Positions 1 through 9,434 of a stretch of DNA of 64,000 bases are shown one piece after another; position 1 is the stretch's first letter; every line of letters begins with the position of its first letter. The notes beneath the pieces are model-generated. The model did not search any database. It worked only from the letters and a program-made list of their open reading frames with translations, and was not told where the DNA came from. The DNA comes from Mobula hypostoma (lineage: Eukaryota): positions 30,630,001-30,694,000 of the forward strand of contig NC_086109.1 in NCBI RefSeq assembly GCF_963921235.1. The letters run 5' to 3'. Made by a program: the position numbers and the translations under genes.

Positions 1-104
1 TATCACACACTCATTTCTTCCTTGTTCACTTCACACAAGCTGCCAGCAATGTTCTCTGTTCCAGAAGAAGCCTACATGCATCAGTTTGGAGCTGAGTTGT
101 AATG

Positions 105-365
105 TCATACACACAGCATAGAAACAAGTCTGTCAACCCGTTGAGACCGCACCAATCATCAGCCTCCCCATTTACACTAATCTGATATTAATATAGTTTT
201 AATCTCCGACCTTCTCTGTGACACTTCCCAAGTTTAACAATTTATCTGCACGCTAGAGGCAATTTACAAAGGCCAATTAACCTATCAAACCACATGTAAG
301 GTTAGTATTCAACCCTCGTCTCTAGCACTTTGAGGTAGCAACTCTATGAGCTACACCACTGTGGG
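105..365 (-). mobile_element. tRNA-derived SINE, HE1/V-SINE-like, degraded
   Basis: Minus strand starts CACAGTGGTGTAGCTCATAGAGTTGCTACCTCA...GGGTTGAATAC (A/B-box-like head), then the V-SINE core-like GGTTAATTGGCC...TAAATTGCC, then a CR1-like 3' tail. Confidence 0.6.
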
Positions 366-716
366 TTGCCTTGCATGCTCTGCTGAAGCCACTGACAGCC
401 ATTATCTTGGTAGAATAGCTTGTTAAAACTGTAGGTTTGTCGCTTGAATACCCTGAATTATGGTTGAAAAACCTTCTCTTCGCTTGGTAGATTATTATAT
501 GGTATTGCTTCATTGCAACTAGTTTAACTGTCATATTATTATTGACTTGGATGTTTGATAAATGGTTGACTTTTATAATGCAGAATGAAACATGTTGAAC
601 AAGACAACAATGATAGTTAACAGAAAATTGTGCCATGGTTTCTAAATGCAAGATGCTGTATATCACTGACCCAACAACCATTTGTCTAGTTTTCCTTCAT
701 CTTCATACAATCCTTC

Positions 717-1150
717 TGTTAGGGTGCTTTTGGGTTTAGGAAAAATTGCAAAATATTAGCTATTGACTTCAGCAACCAAATTCAGCCACCGATCTTCAGA
801 TCTGAATAGGGACTGCAGATTAAATTTAAAATGCATCTCTGGACAATAGGTTCTGAAGAACGGTGAACCACTGTTAAATGGAAAACCATACAAGGCTGAT
901 TTAACAGTGGTGTAGGTGTGAAGAAGAAGGTGTGAAAGTTATATGTAATTCAAAGGAAGCATTGTAGATATATTGTAAATATAGAATTGTCCTATGATGG
1001 TTAGAATATAAAATGTCATGTAATGTTGGGTCAAGCAGGCCTCTTACTTCAAAACAGTCTCAATGGGATGCCTGCAGTGTCTAATTTTTCAAGTAACTTC
1101 TTTATATTTACCAGCTGCGTGTCACTGGTGACTTTGTTTACGTGACAACA
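717..1150 (+). repeat. 5' LTR of the ERV-like provirus
   Basis: Starts TGTTA, ends CGTGACAACA; colinear with 5847-6031 plus 8587-8857. Confidence 0.85.
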
Positions 1151-1152
1151 TT

Positions 1153-1170
1153 TGGGATCTCGTTAGGGGA
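1153..1170 (+). promoter_or_regulatory. Degenerate primer-binding site, tRNA-Pro-like
   Basis: TGGGATCTCGTTAGGGGA lies 2 nt after the LTR end; 12/18 match to TGGGGGCTCGTCCGGGAT. Confidence 0.55.
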
Positions 1171-1275
1171 TACCACCTTGCAGCCCATGAGGTGGTCAGT
1201 GATCTTAACAGTCTACGCGGGTGAGTATTTTTAAAATTAGCACTCACACTTGGAGCTGTTTGGGTCGGTATTTAC

Positions 1276-2522
1276 TGTCATAAGGGGGGGCACTGGTGGC
1301 GGACCCAAATGCAAGACACAGACACTGAAGTACTAGGAACAGGACTTGACTAGAGAGCTGGGACAAGAACACAGACTTGGGCACGGACTTGACTAGGAAA
1401 GCGGAACCAGGACATGGAACTTGGAACTAGGAGCCTGGGATTGGACTCCGAGCTAGAGACTGGACAAGGACCCGAAACCTGGGTCTTGACTGGGCTCGTA
1501 CTCCGGATCTAGCCGAAGACATGATGAGGCTTGGGTTCCTCGAGGCGCGAGGGTACTTCGAGGCTTGGGTTTGGATTCCGAGCCAGAGACTGGACAAGGA
1601 CCCAGAACCTGGGACTTGAATCGGGCTTGGACTCCAGAACTAGTCGAGGACAAGACATGGCTACAGGACGAGGAGTGGCAACAGGACTGGATGTGAGATT
1701 CTTGGACAGGACAAGGGAACCCCAGTGGAGGACAAGGGAACCCCAACAACGGGCTGGGAGAGACACATGGACAAGACGAGAACACAAAGCCATGGTTTGG
1801 ACAGGACAAGGTTCGTGGATCATGGCTAGGACTGGACGAGACCCCGAAGCCTTGACTTGGTCGAGGGAGAGACAGGAACGCAGAGCCTTGGTTAAGGGAG
1901 AGATAGGAACACAGAGCCTTGGTCAAGGGAGAGACAGGAGCATGGAACACAGAGCCGGGACCTCTCATTGGAAACAGAATGTAGGGCTGGGACTCATTAC
2001 ACAGAACGCAGAATACAACAAGACGGTTCCCAACACCAGGTAGCCCCAGATGCCTGGGCTTGCCTAGTGAAGGCGAGCACACAAAGACAGATCCCAACAC
2101 TAGGTAGCAGCAAATGGCCAGACCTACCTAGTGAAGGCGTGGACACAGAGACAGTTCAAAACAACGATAGACAGTTCCTTATCTTGCTCCGGCAATGGAA
2201 CTTGACAGGGTTACAGGCACGGCAAGGCTTCAGATGAGGCGAGGTGAGGCAAGGCTAGGCTTCAGATGAGGTGAGGAGAGGCTTCAGACAAGGTGAGGCG
2301 AGGCAAGGCAACAGAAGGAAGGGGAACAGAAGGGATTCAGAAAGGGGGTATGGACAGGAACAATCCAGCAACCAGAGCCTGAATCCTGAAGCTATTTATG
2401 AAGCCAGCACAAATGAGAATCAGCTGCCTCAACAGAAACTGGGGAAAAACAGAAAACCTAGAATAAGGAACATGGACCGGACTGTGAACCGGAATGTAGA
2501 TTTCACGGACCGGACCACGACA
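1276..2522 (-). mobile_element. Solo LTR (Gypsy-type) with internal short repeats, inserted in the ERV leader
   Basis: TGTCA...CGACA termini; minus-strand CAGCTGATT...CATAAATAGC TATA-like block near 2390-2430; many GGACAAGGA/GGACTTG and GAGGCAAGG repeats. No clean TSD (TTTAC vs GTCAC). Confidence 0.65.
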
Positions 2523-3017
2523 GTCACAGGATTGCGAGGTATCATGAACACGGTGGTGACCTGAACTGGTGCATTTAAAAGAAGTGTGGTGTGCATGCGT
2601 GCCTCAGTGTTGATGTAAGAGACTAAACTTTGTGTGTTAATTTGGTGAGACCAGGCCACCAGTTGTAAAAGGTGGTTATTGAAGCTATGTATTTTAGCAC
2701 ATCTGATTGTGAGTATGTGTGTGTGCTTTACCAATATATCTGTAACCTTGGTGTAACAAACAGTTAGATGCAAAAGAATACAACAGGCATTATGAGGTCA
2801 GACACACATAGGTAGCAGGTTGCAGAGTATGTACTCTGCGGTTTAAAGTATGTACTCTTTAATTTTTATCCATCATTTGTATTTTGCATAATGTGGAAAC
2901 TAGTACGGAGATATTAGAAGGAGAGGTTATATCTGTCAGGATGGCACTGACTGACGTCAGTAACATCAGGTTGAGAACCCTGATGACCAAAGCCACGCCT
3001 TGACTTTGATTACAACT

Positions 3018-3068
3018 ATCCATAAACCCTTCACCCTGGGGGAGAAGCAGAACATTTTGTCAGAGCTG
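3018..3068 (+). pseudogene. gag: Possible retroviral gag capsid remnant
   Basis: Reads IHKPFTLGEKQNILSEL, resembling the N-terminal capsid PF(S/T) motif of class I retroviruses; lies upstream of the protease. Confidence 0.35.
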
Positions 3069-3172
3069 CTCTCATGTAAAATTATTCACCAAAGCATGTG
3101 GAATCCACAGAATCCTCTCTCTGATTTGTCTGCTGACCAGGTTACAAAGCTGGTGAGGTTGGACAAATAGCT

Positions 3173-3445
3173 GACGGCCAACTTTATATATTAGGGAGTC
3201 AGCAATGGGACACAGGATCATCTGTATCGATAACTGACACCCTTGCCCATGACTGGAGAGGTGATTTACATTGCCAGTACAGGAATTGAAAGAATGAGGA
3301 TGGAGAGGAGTCAGCCCCAGGTACTTGAGATTGAGGGAGTGCAGCTTCCTCTAGATTTTTGGATGTCCCCAAACAATGACGGAACTAACCTGGGGATAGA
3401 CACACTGAGTAAAGCAGATACTATTTTAGACTTGGGGGGGAAAAG
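3173..3445 (+). pseudogene. pro: Retroviral aspartic protease remnant (frameshifted)
   Basis: WDTGSSVSIT with the catalytic DTGS at 3209-3220; after a frameshift, the ORF at 3243 contains GTNLGIDTLSKADTILDL (ILGxDxL-like motif). Confidence 0.75.
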
Positions 3446-3452
3446 GAGAAAT

Positions 3453-3790
3453 ACTTTATACTTATACTTTATACTTAATTGTCGCCAAACAATTGATACT
3501 AGAACGTACAATCATCACAGCGATATTTGATTCTGTGCTTCCCGCTCCCTGGATTACAAATATTAAATATTAAAAATATTAAAAATAATAAAAATTAGTA
3601 AATATTAAAAATTTAAATTATAAATCATAAACAGAAAATAGAAAAATGGAAAGTAAGGTAGCGCAAAAAAACCAAGAGGCAGGTCCGGATGTTTGGAGGG
3701 TACGGCCCAGATCCGGGTCAGGATCCATTCAGCAGTCTTATCACAGTTGGAAAGAAGCTGTTCCCAAATCTGGTTGTACGAGTCTTCAAT
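3453..3790 (-). mobile_element. 3' end of a Rex1/Babar-like LINE
   Basis: Minus strand encodes KTRTTRFGNSFFPTVIRLLN, followed by a 3' UTR and a (TATAAG)-like tail. Confidence 0.7.
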
Positions 3791-3942
3791 AACATGGCCA
3801 AGATAGGGACAGCAAATGTGTGTGATCCACAAAACAGTTAGCATAGCACAGAGAGAGAATAGCAGACCCAAGCGGGGAAGAGAGAAAGGGAAAAGTGTGG
3901 AAGTCATCTCAGGAGGCCCCAAGGGTAGGGGCTAGGCACAGT

Positions 3943-4070
3943 CAGGAGCTGTTGGAAGTAGGTGCAACTGCCTGAGGAGGTAGCAGTGATTAAAGTAAAG
4001 GCTCACTAAGAAAGGGGATAGTAAGGAGCAGAAAGGGAACAAGTGGGAAGACATCAGAGTAAAGAGGGCA
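3943..4070 (+). pseudogene. pol: Retroviral-type RNase H C-terminal remnant
   Basis: With two frameshifts reads QELLE-VQLPEEVAVIKVKAH-KKGDSKEQKGNKWEDIRVKRA, matching the retroviral LPxxVAVIxxxAH...GNxxADxxAK pattern. Confidence 0.75.
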
Positions 4071-4301
4071 GTGGAAGAACAAGAAGCAAAAGAAGTTACA
4101 AGTGAACAGAAAGAAACTACTACTGCCAATTTAGTAAGAGTACATGGAGGTGTGAAGGACCATGGTAACCAGGGAACTCATTGAGGGACTGAGCAAAGCA
4201 GCGAGGACACATTGCTGATCACAGATTCGGAAGTCATGGTGAGGGTGCTGACTGAAAAGGCAGGGATTTCTTCCAGATGGATAGAACCATAGATGTAGGA
4301 G

Positions 4302-4825
4302 GACTTAGGCAAATTGGAAGAACAGGCAAAAATAAGACAGATGGAACACAGTGTTGGAAACTGTACGATAATGCATTTTGGTAAAAGCGACAATAGTGCG
4401 GACTTTGGACCTGTACTGACTGGAATTTAGAAGAATACAGGGGGATCTCATTGAAATCTATGGAATGTTGAAAGGACTAGATAGGGTGGATGTGGTGGCA
4501 ATGTTTCCTATGGGGAGGATGTTTCCTGTGGTGGTGGTATCCAGAACAAAGGGTACAGCCTCAAAATTGAGGGGTGACCTTTTAGGAGGAATTTTTTTAG
4601 CCAGAGAGTAGTGAATCTGTGGAATGTTCTGCCACAGACTGCGGTGGAGGCCAAGTCCGTGGGCATATTTAAAGCAGAAGTTGATAGTTTACTGATCAGT
4701 CGTGGCATCAATGGATATGGCGAAGCAAGTGTATGGGGTGGAGTGGGATCTGGGATCATCCACGATGGAATGGTGGAACAGACTCGATGGTCTAATTCTG
4801 CTCCTATGTCTTATGGTCTTATGGT
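4302..4825 (+). mobile_element. CR1 LINE 3' fragment nested in the ERV pol region
   Basis: MHFG motif, then QRVVNLWNVLPQTAVEAKSVGIFKAEVD and a (TCTTATGG)n tail. Confidence 0.8.
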
Positions 4826-5834
4826 ACTTTTCACAAGTGACAATTGTGACTGTGTGCAGACTCAGTTTTGTAGCCAGAGGAAACACTGGACTGAGGTTAA
4901 AGCATACGAGCCACCTTCTTGTCATTCCCACAGACAGAGTGAGAGATCAGTAACAGTGCCGTTGCAGAGAACCCAAGTGATAAACACCAGCTGGCTGCAC
5001 CAGACCTGACCACAGTTGATGGAAACACACTCACAGCAAACACAAAGGCAGATGATACCGGGAGAGTGCAACAGAAAGCCATGAATAGCATGTTACAATG
5101 TAAAGGTAACGCTACTCTCTAATGAAGCCTGGTTGCTGAAGTTAGATAATTAGTTGTATAGCATGGAATAAAAAAGATATTGGGGAAAATAGAAGGGAAG
5201 GGATCCAAGATTCAGCAGAAACATCAGGTTCCACAACTTTGATTGCATGGAGGACTGAGAAAGAAACAAAATTGCACACAACATCTGAAGGCAGTCACCC
5301 CCCGCCTGGATGGGGAGTGAATACAAATGAGCTGGGCACTTTTCAGTGGTTGGCCAGTGATCAACTGGACAGTCTGGAAAGTGCTGCCACAGGGAAGGGG
5401 TCCAGTAATTATCCAAATACAGACCAACCCAACTTTTCCTGTACATCAAAGAGAGGTCCTGTGAGCCTGATCCATTTACTTTGCTGGTGCCCCTGGAAGG
5501 AGAGTAACCACTGGTAGCCACTGCAGAGACTTAGCTATCAGAGAAGAAGGGGTGAAGATAAAGCATGTGATTAAATTGCAATATGCTCACAGTGAAGGGG
5601 GCAACAGGCATGTGAATGACAAAACTGCATTTTTAAAACTGTTGGTCAAACTTCTGGAACAATCTTTCTGCTAAGCATCTTGCAGGTCCACATTTGGGAT
5701 GATAGGGTAGATGTAAATGCATGTAAGGTAATTGAGAGGGATTCCGAAGCAGGGCATTTTTGCTGCCCTATTTGGGTAGGTTCTCCTTAAGGCTGGCCTT
5801 TCCTGATACAAGTTTATTTTTATTCAAGTCGGCC

Positions 5835-5845
5835 AAGAGAAGGGA
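5835..5845 (+). promoter_or_regulatory. Polypurine tract of the ERV
   Basis: AAGAGAAGGGA followed by C, then TGTTA at 5847 (3' LTR start). Confidence 0.7.
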
Positions 5846-5938
5846 CTGTTAATGCATTTCAGGGGTTAGGACAAATCGCAAAAATATAAATTATTAACTT
5901 CAGCATCTAACTTCAGCCACCAATCTTCAGATATAAAT

Positions 5939-8353
5939 ATGGACTGTAGATTAAGTTTAAAATGCAGCTCTGAACAATGGGTTCCGAAGAGCCTTGAATC
6001 GCAGTTAACTGGAAAACCAGACAATGCTGATGTCGGAGATGGTATTAAACAGGAAATTAGAAATGTGTGCAATAAAGGAACAGCAGTTATAATGGGTGAC
6101 TTCAATCTACATGTAGATTTGGTGAACCAAATTGGTAAAGGTGCTGAGGAAGAGGATTTCTTGGAATGTATGCGGGATGGTTTTTTGAACCAACATGTCG
6201 AGGAACCAACGAGAGAGCAGGCTATTCTGGACTGGGTTTTGAGCAATGAGGAAGGGTTAATTAGCAATCTTGTCATGAGAGGCCCCTTGGGTAAGAGTGA
6301 CCATAATATGGTGGAATTCTTCATTAAGATGGAGAGTGACATATTTAATTCAGAAACAAAGGTTCTGAACTTAAAGAGGGGTAACTTTGAAGGTATGAGA
6401 CGTGAATTAGCTAAGATAGACTGGCAAATGACACTTAAAGGATTGACGGTGGATATGCAATGGCAAGCATTTAAAGGTTGCATGGATGAACTACAACAAT
6501 TGTTCATCCCAGTTTGGCAAAAGAATAAATCAAGGAAGGTAGTGCACTCATGGCTGACAAGAGAAATTAGGGATAGTATCAATTCCAAAGAAGAAGCATA
6601 CAAATTAGCCAGAGAAAGTGGCTCACCTGAGGACTGGGAGAAATTCAGAGTTCAGCAGAGGAGGACAAAGGGCTTAATTAGGAAGGGGAAAAAAGATTAT
6701 GAGAGAAAACTGGCAGAGAACATAAAAACTGACTGTAAAAGCTTTTATAGATATGTAAAAAGGAAAAGACTGGTAAAGGCAAACGTCGGTCCCCTACAGA
6801 CAGAAACAGGTGAATTGATTATGGGGAGCAAGGACATGGCAGACCAATTGAATAATTACTTTGGTTCTGTCTTCACTAAGGAGGACATAAATAATCTTCC
6901 AGAAATAGTAGGCGACAGAGGGTCCAGTGAGATGGAGGAACTGAGCGAAATACATGTTAGTAAGGAAGTGGTGTTAGGTAAATTGAAGGGATTGAAGGCA
7001 GATAAATCCCCAGGGCCAGATGGTCTGCATCCTAGAGTGTTTAAGGAAGTAGCCCAAGAAATAGTGGATGCATTAGTGATAATTTTTCAAAACTCATTAG
7101 ATTCTGGACTTGTTCCTGAGGATTGGAGGGTGGCTAATGTAACTCCACTTTTTAAAAAAGGAGGGAGAGAGAAACCGGGGAATTATAGACCGGTTAGCCT
7201 AACGTCGGTGGTGGGGAAACTGCTGGAGTCAGTTATCAAGGATGTGATAACAGCACATTTGGGAAGTGGTGAAATGATCGGACAAAGTCAGCATGGATTT
7301 GTGAAAGGAAAATCATGTCTGACGAATCTCATAGAATTTTTTGAGGATGTAACTAGTAGAGTGGATAGGGGAGAACCAGTGGATGTGGTATATTTGGATT
7401 TTCAAAAGGCTTTTGACAAGGTCCCACACAGGAGATTAGTGTGCAAACTTAAAGCACACGGTATTGGGGGTAAGGTATTGGTGTGGGTAGAGAATTGGTT
7501 AGCAGACAGGAAGCAAAGAGTGGGAATAAACGGGTCCTTTTCAGAATGGCAGGCGGTGACTAGTGGGGTACCGCAAGGCTCAGTGCTGGGACCCCAGTTG
7601 TTTACAATATATATTAATGACTTGGATGAGGGAATTAAATGCAGCATCTCCAAGTTTGCGGATGACACGAAGCTGGGTGGCAGTGTTAGCTGTGAGGAGG
7701 ATGCTAAGAGGATGCAGGGTGACTTGGATAGGTTGGGTGAGTGGGCAAATTCATGGCAGATGCAATTTAATGTGGATAAATGTGAAGTTATCCATTTTGG
7801 TGGCAAAAATAGGAAAACAGATTATTATCTGAATGGTGGCCGATTAGGAAAAGGGGAGGTGCAACGAGACCTGGCTGTCATTATACACCAGTCATTGAAA
7901 GTGGGCATGCAGGTACAGCAGGCAGTGAAAAAGGCGAATGGTATGCTGGCATTTATAGTGAAAGGATTCGAGTACAGGAGTAGGGAGGTACTACTGCAGT
8001 TGTACAAGGCCTTGGTGAGACCACACCTGGAGTATTGTGTGCAGTTTTGGTCCCCTAATCTGAGGAAAGACATCTTTGCCATAGAGGGAGTACAAAGAAG
8101 GTTCACCAGATTGATTCTTGGGATGGCAGGACTTTCATATGAAGAAAGACTGGATGAACTGGGCTTGTACTCGTTGGAATTTAGAAGATTGAGGGGGGAT
8201 CTGATTGAAACGTATAAGATCCTAAAGGGATTGGACAGGCTAGATGCAGGAAGATTGTTCCCGATGTTGGGGAAGACCAGAACGAGGGGCCACAGTTTGA
8301 GGATAGAGGGGAAGCCTTTTAGGACCGAGATTAGGAAAAACTTCTTCTCATAG
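5939..8353 (+). CDS. CR1 ORF2 (partial endonuclease plus reverse transcriptase), 804 aa, first ~31 aa derived from the ERV LTR
   Basis: ORF track. RT motifs intact; TAG at 8351 is premature relative to copy B, which continues TQRVVNLWN. Confidence 0.8.
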   Translation: MDCRLSLKCSSEQWVPKSLESQLTGKPDNADVGDGIKQEIRNVCNKGTAVIMGDFNLHVDLVNQIGKGAEEEDFLECMRDGFLNQHVEEPTREQAILDWVLSNEEGLISNLVMRGPLGKSDHNMVEFFIKMESDIFNSETKVLNLKRGNFEGMRRELAKIDWQMTLKGLTVDMQWQAFKGCMDELQQLFIPVWQKNKSRKVVHSWLTREIRDSINSKEEAYKLARESGSPEDWEKFRVQQRRTKGLIRKGKKDYERKLAENIKTDCKSFYRYVKRKRLVKANVGPLQTETGELIMGSKDMADQLNNYFGSVFTKEDINNLPEIVGDRGSSEMEELSEIHVSKEVVLGKLKGLKADKSPGPDGLHPRVFKEVAQEIVDALVIIFQNSLDSGLVPEDWRVANVTPLFKKGGREKPGNYRPVSLTSVVGKLLESVIKDVITAHLGSGEMIGQSQHGFVKGKSCLTNLIEFFEDVTSRVDRGEPVDVVYLDFQKAFDKVPHRRLVCKLKAHGIGGKVLVWVENWLADRKQRVGINGSFSEWQAVTSGVPQGSVLGPQLFTIYINDLDEGIKCSISKFADDTKLGGSVSCEEDAKRMQGDLDRLGEWANSWQMQFNVDKCEVIHFGGKNRKTDYYLNGGRLGKGEVQRDLAVIIHQSLKVGMQVQQAVKKANGMLAFIVKGFEYRSREVLLQLYKALVRPHLEYCVQFWSPNLRKDIFAIEGVQRRFTRLILGMAGLSYEERLDELGLYSLEFRRLRGDLIETYKILKGLDRLDAGRLFPMLGKTRTRGHSLRIEGKPFRTEIRKNFFS

Positions 8354-8586
8354 AGAGTGGTGAATCTGTGGAATTCTCTGCCACAGGAAACAGTTGAGGC
8401 CAGTTCATTGGCTATATTTAAGAGGGAGTTAGATATGGCCCTTGTGGCTACGGGGGTCAGGGGGTATGGAGGGAAGGCTGGGGCAGGGTTCTGAGTTGGG
8501 GGATCAGCCATGATCATAATAAATGGCGGTACAGGCTCGAAGGGCCGAATGGCCTACTCCTGCACCTATTTTCTATGTTTCTATGT
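6032..8586 (+). mobile_element. Young 5'-truncated CR1 LINE, copy A
   Basis: Partial APE (GDFN, SDH), RT (GVPQGSVLGP, FADD), CR1 C-terminus (LVRPHLEYCVQFWSP), 3' hairpin and (TTTCTATG)n tail. Confidence 0.95.
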
Positions 8587-9434
8587 TTAACATTCATTAG
8601 GGTGTCTGTAATGTGCGAGCAAAGAAGGAGGTATGAAAGTTAAATGTAATTCAAAGGAAGCATTGTAGATATATTGTAAATATAGAATTGTCCTATGATC
8701 GTTAGCATATAAAATGTCATGTAATGTTGGGTCAAGCAGGCCTCTTCCTCCAAAAGGGTCTCAATATGATGCCCACTGTGTCTCATTTTGTTGAATAAAG
8801 AGACTCCCTCACATCTACCAGCTGCTTCTCTCTGCTGACTTTGTTCATGTGACAGCACCTTCCTAATGGAGTTGGATGATACAGAACTGCATCAGCCAAC
8901 TGCATTCTTCATTGCAATATTCAGCACATGTTTTGATTCACTTTCTCCACATAGCCCCAGACCGAATCTCTGCTTGTAGCTGCAAATGCTTAGTTTGGTA
9001 TTATAGCTGGTACTCCTCTGGCAATAATTTGTCCTCTGATACACAGGTGTAGTGGGTGTAATGATCTGGTCCCATGTCTCCCCAGTGATCCCCTGAACTT
9101 CCAAGAAGAGTGATATTATAGAGGAATGAATGATCACTGCAATGAATGGAGAAAGCATCATTGTCACTCGCTGCCTGTGACATTGATACAGACTTGTGTA
9201 TTCCTGCTTCAGTGATCACAATGGCTCATCTTCTGGATTTACAACCACAAATAAACATTCAGTATTGTTACATACACAATAAAAAACAATATATGTTGCA
9301 AATTAAGGAGGCTTCTCTCGAGTTAAACACAGCTTTTGATGCACTGCTTCTCTGGGACATACAGGGCAGTGGCTTTTGAGACCTTATGCTGCATTTGACT
9401 CTCTGCAAGCATCCTCAGCTGCACAGAATGAACA

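Larger units (their letters stand above)
717..8857 (+). mobile_element. Ancient, internally deleted endogenous retrovirus-like provirus with nested insertions
   Basis: Direct repeats TGTTA...GACA(A/G)CA at 717-1150 and at 5847-6031 plus 8587-8857. CCTTC flanks both ends (712-716, 8858-8862). PBS-like sequence at 1153-1170, PPT at 5835-5845, and gag, protease, RNase H and integrase remnants in the expected order. Confidence 0.85.
5847..8857 (+). repeat. 3' LTR of the ERV, split by a CR1 insertion (LTR parts 5847-6031 and 8587-8857)
   Basis: The 5' LTR reads GCTGAT|TTAACA uninterrupted; here the CR1 sits between these two words. AATAAA at about 8794; ends GACAGCA. Confidence 0.85.

Noticed and set aside
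1330..1990. Short recurring GGACAAGGA/GGACTTG units considered as a CRISPR-like array
   Set aside because: Units are degenerate and irregularly spaced, with no unique spacers and no cas genes; the context is vertebrate.
1453..2564. Several 90-215-aa ORFs on both strands
   Set aside because: Low-complexity products of the repeat-rich solo LTR; no recognisable domain.
5866..8517. Minus-strand ORFs of 134-245 aa (also at 12812-14905 and 51060-53663)
   Set aside because: Antisense shadows of CR1 ORF2.
8640..9167. Minus-strand frame with a hydrophobic N-terminus (MTMMLSPFIAVII...) and an apparent paralog near 700-1150, first read as a duplicated host gene
   Set aside because: The duplicated part is the ERV LTR pair (TSD, PBS, PPT). 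The frame has stops and crosses the LTR boundary, and substitutions in it are not mainly synonymous.
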